A stretch of DNA of 64,000 nt from Octopus vulgaris (taxonomy: Eukaryota). The DNA is taken from positions 104,160,001 through 104,224,000 of the forward strand of contig OX597823.1 of the NCBI GenBank assembly GCA_951406725.2, written 5' to 3'. The notes below the pieces were generated by a model. That model saw only the letters and a program-made list of their open reading frames with translations. It searched no databases and was not told the DNA's origin. The translations under genes were made by a program, and so were the position numbers. Position 1 is the first letter of the stretch. Each line of letters starts with the position of its first letter. This document shows positions 54,683 to 64,000 of the stretch, piece by piece.

Positions 54683-57441
54683 ATGCCTGACTTGCACTCC
54701 TTCCTCCAACACCTCAATCCCTTCTTTGCCGTTTTCTTGCTCCACCCACCCCCAATGCTTGCAACCCGCAAAAAAACTTTCTCACTTACTTTTTAAAAAA
54801 TCTCGCCACTCTAGCCATCTCTCCTTTCTTAGCCGTTGGCTCCGCCATCACGTCACATCCCGTGGCTTCCTCTTGAAGTTCCAAGCCCCCCCCCTATTCC
54901 TACACCCCTCATCGAACCCACCCTCGCCCGCACTTCCCGCCTCCTCATCCATGCCACCATCCGTTCCACCCGCTCCCTCCTTCACTCTCTTGACCACCAA
55001 CTTCCCCAGGCTTACCTCCTCCTCTCCTCCCTCTGCCCTCCACTCTTCACCCAACCCATTCTCCGCTTCATTCTTAATCTCAACCACCAACTCCACAATT
55101 TCCTCACACACAAAAAACAAAAAACTCCACCACCTCCTCAACCCTTCACCTACTTCCCCTCCCACATCCCCTACACCCTCCCCTCCAGCTCGCCCGACAT
55201 TCTCCAATCCCGCACCCACCACGTCCTTCCCCCTGCACCCTCCACAGACCCACATACACCCCACCCTGACTTTCCTACCCCTACCCCATCTTCACCCAAC
55301 CATTCCAACCCTCCTCCCTACACCTCTGCACCCCCTCTTCCTGACCCCGCTCACCCCACCACCCTGCTCCCTCGCATTGTTGTCACTATACCCCCCAACC
55401 TCCCCCTCTCTGCTTCCGAGCGCTCTCTCCTCAGTAGGGGACTCCGCTTCACGCCTCTCACGCCCCACTGCGACGAATTTGAGACCCGTACCGACGTCAA
55501 CCAGTTCCTGCGCCGCATCAAACTTTGCGCGTTTTTCCACACGTCCACACAACGTCACGACAATCAGGATTGCTTTTCGGAACTGGGGCGCCGCCCATCC
55601 AACTGGACGCCGCCTCCAAGCCAATTCAGTAGCCTAGATTTGTTTGTGCACGACTGCAATGCGTTGGTCAACCGATTTAATTTCAAAAAAGACCTCACTC
55701 GTGCTGAATTGATTGCACTTCGCAACATCCGTCCCCGCAATGACATTGTCATCAAACAGGCAGACAAAGGCGGAGCAGTGGTGGTGTGACGCGCGGACCT
55801 ATACAGGGAGGAAGCGCTCAGCCAACTTCAAAATCCCCTCTTCTATCGCCTCCTCCCCTCCAATCCCACCTCCTCCTACCAACAGCGAGTGTCCTCCACC
55901 ATCCACGACCTCATCTCCTCTTCTGCTCCCCCCCCCCCACCTCCACCAACCTCATCGTCCGTACACCCCGCACCTCCACCATCAATTTCCTTCCCAAAAT
56001 ACATACACCCAATAACCCCCTGGCCGCACCATCGTTTCTGTCTGTAATTGTCCCACCGAACTCATTTCCCAATACCTTGACCGCATCCTGTCCCCTTTAG
56101 TTGCTTTACACTGTGATTCCCCACAACGACGGTCTCTTAGCCCTCCAATACTTCCTCGGCCGTCGCCCTGACTCCACACCCAGCCCCCACTTCTCCGCCT
56201 GGCAGAGCTCGTCCTCACCCTCAACTGCTTTGCGTTCGCCGGGGACAGTACCAACAGTTGTCTGGGGTCGCGATGGGAACAAGAATGGGCCCCAATTTCG
56301 CCAACCTCTTTGTTGGCTACATTGAGGCCCAAGCATTCTCCCAATTCTTCGGGCCGACCCCAGAGCTATACGGTCGCTACATAGACGACTGCATAGGTGC
56401 CACCTCCCTCTCCCACGAACAACTCTGCCACTTCATCTCTTTCCTCTCTAACTTCCACCCCTCTCTCCAATTCACTTCTACTATTTCTAATACCTCTGTT
56501 AACTTCCTCGACATCTCTCTTAGCATTGACCACCCCTCCCACTCTCTCACCACATCCGCCTTCTTCAAACCTACGGATTCCCACCTCTACCTCAACTTCT
56601 CCTCCTCCCATCCCTTCCACACCAAACGGGCCATCCCCTACTCCCAGTTCTTCCGCGTCCGACGCTTGTGCAGCTGTGACCAGGATTTTGAGACCCAGTC
56701 ACAGTACCTGGCCCGCCTGTTCAGGCATCAAGGATACCCCCAACCCTGGTCCAGAACGCCCTTGCCCGCGCTCGTCGAATCAACCGCACCACCGCCCTTT
56801 CTCCTTCCTTTCACCAACCCCCTAACCGCACCCCCTTTCCCCTCCTTTTCCACCCGTCCACTCTACCCCCTCGTCGAAGGATACTACGAGCCTTCCGTCG
56901 TCTCCAGCTCGATCCCACCACCCGCCCCATTTTCCCCAACCCACCCTTGTCCTCCTTCAAACGAGCCCGGAACCTACGCGATCACCTGGTCCGTAGCACC
57001 TTCTCCTCTTCCCCCTCAGCCCCACATGGATCCTTCCCGTGCTCCAGATCCCGCTGCAACACCTGCCCCTTCATCACCAACACCACTGCTGTCACCGGCT
57101 CCAACCAGCGAACTGTACGTATTAGACATTCTTTTACGTGCACTTCGTCTGGCCTCATTTACTGTATAAAATGCAACCTCTGTGGGATACTTTATGTAGG
57201 ACAGACGGGCCGCCGACTGGCCGATCGGTTCGCCGAACATCCAAGGGATGTTCGGCTACGTTCCAACTCTCCCGTCGCCCGTCACTTCTGCTTGGCCAAC
57301 CATTCCCCCTGTAACATCTCTGTGTTTGGTCTCGCCCCACACAACGGACCTCCACAATCCAGGCTTCACCTGGAACAACGATATATATTCAATTTACGGA
57401 CAAATATCCCGCACGGACTTAACACAGCTCCCTCCTCTTAG
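54683..57441 (+). pseudogene. Near full-length Penelope-like element ORF (RT plus GIY-YIG endonuclease; Neptune-like), frameshifted
   Basis: IVIKQADKGGAVVV, FLPKIH, GVAMGTRMGPNFANLF, RYIDD, VNFLDI, FKPTDSHLYLNFSSSHP, CSRSRCNTCPF linker, CTSSGLIYCIKCNLCGILYVGQTGRRLADRFAEH..EQRYI..PHGLN. Confidence 0.95.
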
Positions 57442-57629
57442 TGACTGCCTCTACACCTCCCGCAACAAGCAACTTTATTTCTTCTTTCTTCTCTTCTCTT
57501 TTTTCATTTTCTTTCCTTACATGCAATTACGTCTTTTATATTGGTCCAACTTCCTTTTACTTTATTGTTTTATAATTTATTTGTTTTTTTATTGTTTATA
57601 ATTTATTGTTTTTATAAATTATTGTTTTT

Positions 57630-59100
57630 ATACACGAACACACATACTCACGTATCCACGAACACACACATACCTCCCACACCCCACACACATACAACAC
57701 ACATACATGCACATATACGCACACATACTTCCACACACATACACACACGCATACATACATATATACACACACCCACATACACCCACGTGCACACATATAT
57801 GCGCATACACACACACACGTACACAAACGTACACACAAAGAGGAATGCACAGAAACCTATCCCACCCAACCCCACGCACACACACATACCTTTAGACACA
57901 CACACATAAACGTACACAGAACCACATACACGCACATACTCAAGCACACGCGCGTACACACAATAAAATGAACACAACCTGACACACGTCTCTACGTTCA
58001 CACACACATATACACACTCACGCACACACACACATGCACACACGCACATACACATACACGCACATACATACGCACATAATACACGCACATACACATATAC
58101 ACACGTACATACACACACACCAGCACAGATTCCCACATATACCTCCAACAAACAATACTCATACAGATATGCACACAATTATACACACATGGGCACATAC
58201 ACACACGCACACACACGCACATACACGCACGTAAGCACACACACGCACACAAGCACGCGCACGCACATTACGCCTACACAACTCCCAAAACCCACACACA
58301 CACACGCATACACAAATTCACATACACACCTATACATATGCATACACACAATATATGCATACACGCGCACACACACATACACATACGTATATAGATATAG
58401 ACACAGACACACACACACACGCACGCACAAACATGCGCACACATACGAACGGACACACGCACACGAATGCACATACCTAACACCCACAACCCCACGGATA
58501 CACGTATATACACCCACATACGCTTACACATACACACATACACACGCACACATACACGCACACACAACTACACGCACATACGACACGCACGCACATACAT
58601 ACACACATACACAAATGAACCCACACATACATCCCATACACACAGCACACAATGATACATACACGCACATAATTATACATACATGTGTACACACATACGC
58701 ACGTACAAGCACACACGCACACATACACAAAGTAAAGCACAGTTATTCGCCACACACACAAACTCTACGCATACACACACGAACACACACACATACATAC
58801 ACACACACACACTGCAAACAAAACGCACACAAAATACATATACATACACGCACACACACACACATACTTCAAACTACCAGTACCTCTCACTGACCATTCT
58901 TCCACATGGGTAGACACAAGAGCCACTCCTAATTCCTTCTTCCTTGACCTTTAACAATACTAAGCCCTACCACACACATAGATTAACAGCCACAACCACA
59001 CACACACACACGTGTTATCATTGCATACATACACACATACACACACACGCACACGCAGACCTGCGCGCACGTACATATTCACACTTACACACACATACCT
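57630..59100. repeat. ~1.5-kb degenerate (CA)n tract between the PLE ORF and its pLTR
   Basis: Directly visible. Confidence 0.95.
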
Positions 59101-59237
59101 CCTCTTGTACTCTCCTGTCTTTGAAAGAACTTTTTCTTCATCCATTCCCTTCCGGTCATTCAAAATGTGACCGCGCGTGTACCGTTGGCGATTTTTTTTC
59201 ATCCGTCTTCTCTTCTTTGGATCTTTCCTTTTCCTAT

Positions 59238-59272
59238 GTTTCTGACGAAGAGCTCCGCTCGAAACGTTTAAC
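59238..59272 (+). ncRNA. Minimal type-I hammerhead ribozyme in the PLE pseudo-LTR (59159-59306)
   Basis: gttt-CTGACGA-A-GAGC-tcc-GCTC-GAAA-CG-TT-taac; palindromic AACGTT; same strand as and downstream of the PLE ORF. Confidence 0.8.
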
Positions 59273-59409
59273 CCTCCTTCTTTCCTTCCTTCCTGAGTGT
59301 CCAATATCTCTCTAACCCATGTCAGCATGGAACATAGACGTTAAGTGAAATGTTAAAAGAAAGTTTTCAACTTAACGTCTATGTTCCATGGGTTAGAGAA
59401 ATATTTATT

Positions 59410-59508
59410 TAGAAAGTTGGTATCGCAGTTGAGACCTGCGTAATCTAGACGGTGTTTTAAAATTTCATTTTTCTCCTTATCCTGAGCAACGCCGGGTATT
59501 TCTGCTAG
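59410..59508 (+). mobile_element. Helitron 3'-terminal fragment
   Basis: cctgagcaacgccggg..ctgCTAG|T matches the 3' end at 50057-50084. Confidence 0.65.
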
Positions 59509-59719
59509 TTGTACATATATATTTACAACACATAAACACACACATGCGTACATACATGTACACACATCATACATGCATACACACACTCCAACACACACGC
59601 ACACACACATGCACACAAACGCACATACACACACACACGCACGCACCCACACACACATATGCACGCACACACATGGTTGGGCAAGTTATCTGGCTTGATT
59701 TCATTACTTTCTGCCTCAT

Positions 59720-60460
59720 ATCCATTAGGCCATATTTCGTAGGATCAATTTAACCGGTGCGTATTTTTATTCCTGCATAAGCAAATAATCGCAGCGGGTG
59801 GATAGGTACATATGGAAGTACTTGCTTCTTGCTAGGCCTAGAACTAAAGCTAACTTAAGATTGTTCATGTTAAACAGTTTCCTGTGGTTATTAATCCTAA
59901 GAATGCTTTAATATTAGCTTTGGCATTTATCAAATATGCAAGTGTGAACAGGATGATATTGCGACGTTTTTCCTTTTGGGTTGGGGACCTCGTTGAGGGT
60001 CACAGAAAATCTCTTTGAAACCAAAGGTTTCTGTTGTAATATAGAAAAGGTTTATCGAAAAATTACATTATTGTAAGATACATTGAAAATTTTTCTGAAG
60101 TTATTTTCGACCAATATCTCGAACATTATCTTGTGAGGGAACAGCAGCTAGTTGATACAGGTGAACTTAGCACGCGGTTTTCTAAATGGTTTTCCCGAAT
60201 TATTAAGTAGGTTTAAGGGAACCTCCAAGAAATTTACTCTTGTTAAATCGACCTCTATTGCAATTCTTAGTAAGATTTCAACATCACGATGAATTTTTCC
60301 TCAATCTAACTCGAGAGTGAGTATTCGTACCCCTTTTGTGCGGCTAACACTTCTCTGCATGAACCGAAGAGCAGTTCATTTATAAGTAGAACCTTTGAGA
60401 TAATGTTGGGCTTTGATTGGGGGTTCGAGCACAGTAGTCGCGTTGACTTGATTCAATTTC
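59720..60460 (-). pseudogene. Decayed Naiad-like Penelope-like element fragment (RT thumb/linker)
   Basis: IEVDLTRVNFLEVPLNLLNNSGKPFRKP..IN and KRRNIILF..NAKANI..KLFNMNNLKL recall the VNFLDVTLNL..PYRKPN and RKRNIIWFNPP..KIFNRNNVKLSYS pattern. Confidence 0.55.
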
Positions 60461-61532
60461 ATATGGGCTCTTCAGTAAGCTTTACCATAAACTGAGAGTA
60501 ACATATTTTGGCTATGATTCCATTTCGTATGCATGTATGTATGTAGTCCAACATAGCCGCAGTCAAATGACTGAAACAAATAAAAGAATACAAGAGAGGC
60601 ACACAGAGAGAGAAATTAGAATAGATGGGTGTATGAAGGGAGAGCCAAAGAATGAAATAGAAAAAGACAGATACATACATATACAGGGAGACAGAGAGAT
60701 GGGGAGAGAGAAGAGAGAGGGAAGAGAGAGATAGAGAGAGACAGAAATGCACAGAGAGATAAAGTGAAAGAAAAAGACAGAGACAGGGTGAGACAGAGTG
60801 AGAAAACCTCTCGGTGCCCTGATTACCTTTTACTGGTTTGTGATAAAAAGAAAGGAATAATAAAAATGATAAAAAACACAGTCGCACCACAAGTAGACTT
60901 ATGAAAAATACATATTTAAAGACAAGTACATACATAAGAACACCTACACATAAGAAATAGCAAAAGCTTCCATCAAAATATCTAAAATTTAAAAAATGGC
61001 AAGAAAAGCCACTGGGCACAATAAATACAGATAGACGTATAACCCACATGTGTACGCACATATACATACATATACATGCAAATGCTTGTGCGTACAGTTG
61101 TTGTTGGCCATAAGAGTGAGGTGTACATGAATTATGAAATTCTCTTAATGTCTTTCATGGTAGAGAGCAGTAAATATATCTCGAGAGTTACTGAAACCAT
61201 GAAAGATATTTTATCTAGAGTTCACCAAAACTAACGCCAAATTCCCCAGCGAATACGATATAATTGAGAAATGTTTTCGAGAAGCGCTATTTCAGGTGTG
61301 GTGGTGGTGGTGACGATGGTGCTGATTAGTTATAAACTGTATTAGGAAAGAAATAGGTGAAGACGGTAGAAACGCTAATCAGCAAAATCGAGAGAATATT
61401 TTCACACCATCTCACACACACGCACACAAGCGCGCGCTCACACACACACATGTATGCATGTATGTATGTATGTATGTATGTATGTATGTATGTATGTATG
61501 TATGTATGTATGTATGTATGTATGTATGTATA

Positions 61533-61746
61533 AAGTTAATCCAAACATGAAAACACAAAGAGAAAACACACCAACGCGAGGACGTGGAACAAGTGTAGTG
61601 TTATTGGACGCTCAGGAAAGGAAAGAAAGGAGGATTTAACGTTTCGAGCGGAGATCTTCGTCAGAAACATGAGAAAAGGAAAGATCTAAGGAAGGGAAGA
61701 CGGAGAAAGAAAATCGCCAACGATGTACACGCGGTCACATATTGAA
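61533..61746 (-). mobile_element. Solo Penelope pLTR with hammerhead motif (61634-61669)
   Basis: Reverse complement aligns along 59159-59306; gttt-CTGACGA-A-GATC-tcc-GCTC-GAAA-CG-TT-aaat. Confidence 0.85.
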
Positions 61747-61748
61747 AA

Positions 61749-61802
<54 letters not shown>

Positions 61803-61846
61803 GCGTGTATATATATATATATATATATATTCATAATTGTAGTATA

Positions 61847-61935
61847 TACGCTGATGAGAATATATAGTTATATACAAGATTATCTAATATCTATATGCTT
61901 TCCTATAAACTATGATTTCGAAACGTACGTCCGTA
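61847..61935 (+). ncRNA. Type-I hammerhead ribozyme with intact core and extended stem II
   Basis: tacg-CTGATGA-GAA...TTC-GAAA-CGTACG-TC-cgta: 4-bp stem I, stem II GAA/TTC extended by atagtt/aactat, palindromic ACGTACGT, GUC cleavage triplet ending at 61931. Confidence 0.85.
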
Positions 61936-62120
61936 GGTGACTTTTTATATGTATGATCGATTGTCGTCATTTCTGTTCTCTCTTGCCTGTCTGTGTTTGT
62001 TTCTCTGTGGTTTTACTGAGATCTCCCAGTAGCAAGAATAGCTATAACTCTTTGACCTGCTATATATATTCGGTGTGTGGTGAGGCAAATCGTGTTTGCC
62101 TACAAACCCTTAATTACTTA

Positions 62121-62180
<60 letters not shown>

Positions 62181-62210
62181 TACATGTATATATATATACA
62201 CTTATATATA

Positions 62211-63573
62211 CAGGGTGTTCCAAAAGAAACAGTGCAGTAGGAATACAAACTAATAACAAAGAAACAAAACTCACGAAAAAATACTATTTATTGACAAATA
62301 TTCACAAATTCAATACCTTATCAACTAAAGTACGATTGAGGATTGACTCGTGCAGTAAGATATGATCTACAATAACTGTTGAAAGTGTGCGCCATTCACC
62401 TGCAGACATAAACGAGCGCGACGCTGCGTGTTTTGAAAAACACACTCAAGTTCATCAGGTTTGATGTTTTGAATAACACTTGTTATTTTCTGCTTCAGTT
62501 CATCCGTAGTTCGAGGATTGTCTGCATACACTGAGTCTTTCAATTTGCCCCACAAATAAAAGTCAGGAGGTGTTAAATCCGGTGATCGAGGTGGCCACAA
62601 ACCACGAGAGATCACACGATCCCCAAAGACATCACCAACTGCAGCCATACTGACACGAGCCGTATGTGCAGTTGCACCATCTTGCTGGAACCAGCCTTGT
62701 TGCTTTTCTTGCTCCGTCAGTTGATCAAAAAATGGCTCCAGGATGTTATGAATGTAACACTCAGATGTGATGGTGTTTTCAAAAAATATAGGTCCAATTA
62801 TACGCCGCCTTGACAAAGCACACCAAACACCAACTTTTTGATCGTGGAGTGGTTTCTGAAACAGAGCATGAGGATTTATTGTAGACCACACTCTAGAGTT
62901 CTGACTGTTCATGTACCCGGACAAATGGAACCATGCTTCATCACTGAAGAATGTATGGTTTAAAATGTTTTCACCTTTCTCTAGAATAAAATTTTCAAAC
63001 CACCGACAGAAGAGTACGCGTTTTTCTGAATCCTGAGGCTTCAGTTCATGAACAACATGCACTTTATATGGAAAGAATTTAAGTTGATGCACTGCTCGGT
63101 GAGTTGATGTTAGAGATATCCTAGTTTCTTGAGACAAACGCCTCAAAGACTTTCGTGGGCTCCTCTGCAGTTTGTTGGTAACATTCTGTAAGACTGTATC
63201 TGTAACGACTTTTGGGCGGCCACTTTTGGGTTTGTCTTGAACACTTCCAGTTTTTTTGAACTTATGCAACAAAGCGGAAACACAATTTCGATGCGGCAAA
63301 CGTTCTGCACCAAATTTTTCTTGAAATGACTCTTGCACTTCTTTTGTGTATTTGCCACCATCTCGGAAAACATTTTCAACAATAAATATCCTTTCTTGTA
63401 AGGTAAGCACCATTTTCAAAGGGTCCCTGAAACAAAAGAATATTTAATATAAATATCTAAAATTTAGATATCTAAATTATCTAAATATAATATTTAAAAT
63501 CTTTTGGGAAAACATTTTCAACTATAAATATCCTTTCTTGTGTTCAGTGCACTGTTTCTTTTGGAACACCCTG
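62211..63573 (-). mobile_element. Intact 1363-bp Tc1/mariner-superfamily DNA transposon
   Basis: Perfect 26-bp TIRs CAGGGTGTTCCAAAAGAAACAGTGCA (62211-62236, 63548-63573), TA on both sides, single uninterrupted ORF, minus-strand AATAAA at 62287-62292. Confidence 0.97.
62367..63413 (-). CDS. Transposase, 348 aa, DD38D triad (rosa/Visitor-like motifs)
   Basis: ATG at 63413 (track starts at an upstream TTG); N-terminal HTH..KSGRPK, FSDEAWFHLSGY, FQQDGATAH, WPPRSPDLTPPDFYLWG, C-terminal GAHFQQLL*. Confidence 0.95.
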   Translation of the reverse strand: MVLTLQERIFIVENVFRDGGKYTKEVQESFQEKFGAERLPHRNCVSALLHKFKKTGSVQDKPKSGRPKVVTDTVLQNVTNKLQRSPRKSLRRLSQETRISLTSTHRAVHQLKFFPYKVHVVHELKPQDSEKRVLFCRWFENFILEKGENILNHTFFSDEAWFHLSGYMNSQNSRVWSTINPHALFQKPLHDQKVGVWCALSRRRIIGPIFFENTITSECYIHNILEPFFDQLTEQEKQQGWFQQDGATAHTARVSMAAVGDVFGDRVISRGLWPPRSPDLTPPDFYLWGKLKDSVYADNPRTTDELKQKITSVIQNIKPDELECVFQNTQRRARLCLQVNGAHFQQLL

Positions 63574-64000
63574 TATATATATATGCATACACATATGTAT
63601 ATGCACATGTGTATCTATATATGCATATGTGTACTAATATATATGTACATATGCATATACAGATGCGTGTATATATATACATATGTATATAACTGTATAT
63701 ACGTTTAACTGTGTGTGTGTGCGTATATATATATATATATATACATCTCATTATGTGTCCCTTATGTTAATATGATAATTATTTAAATTTATTTAGCAAT
63801 TATATTACTGCGATTTTACAAGTCAAATTTATATTTATTTTAGATTTTTCGTTACCTTTATGTAAAGTTATTTTATCTATTTATATATTTGTTTATCATT
63901 GCAGTTTGTTAGCATGTTTCCAAAACCTGCCTTGCAGCCGCAGTTTGGAATATTAGCTTCGAAGTATACTGTAGTGTTAATGACCTTAGTCAGAATCTCT

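Overview
AT-rich, microsatellite-saturated animal DNA, very probably an Octopus genome (inferred from the tRNA-derived SINE families and the (TA)/(CA)/(CATA) density; not verifiable here). Almost all long ORFs in the track are microsatellite translations. Real content: at least five SINE families; decayed LINE fragments (CR1-group, I/Jockey-group, Tx1-like ORF1, RTE-like); three mariner pseudogenes; one apparently intact 1363-bp Tc1/mariner element with perfect 26-bp TIRs, TA TSD and a DD38D transposase (62211-63573); non-autonomous Helitrons, one nested in another; and Penelope-like elements (a near full-length RT+GIY-YIG copy, a second fragment, a Naiad-like fragment). The most notable signals are (i) several type-I hammerhead ribozyme motifs in short cassettes bounded by microsatellites, one with a fully canonical core (61847-61935); (ii) four fold-back hairpins, including a 135-bp arm pair with one mismatch; and (iii) a probable first coding exon (signal peptide, minus strand, 29043-29136) of an unidentified host gene. 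Boundaries of degenerate elements are approximate, read by eye.
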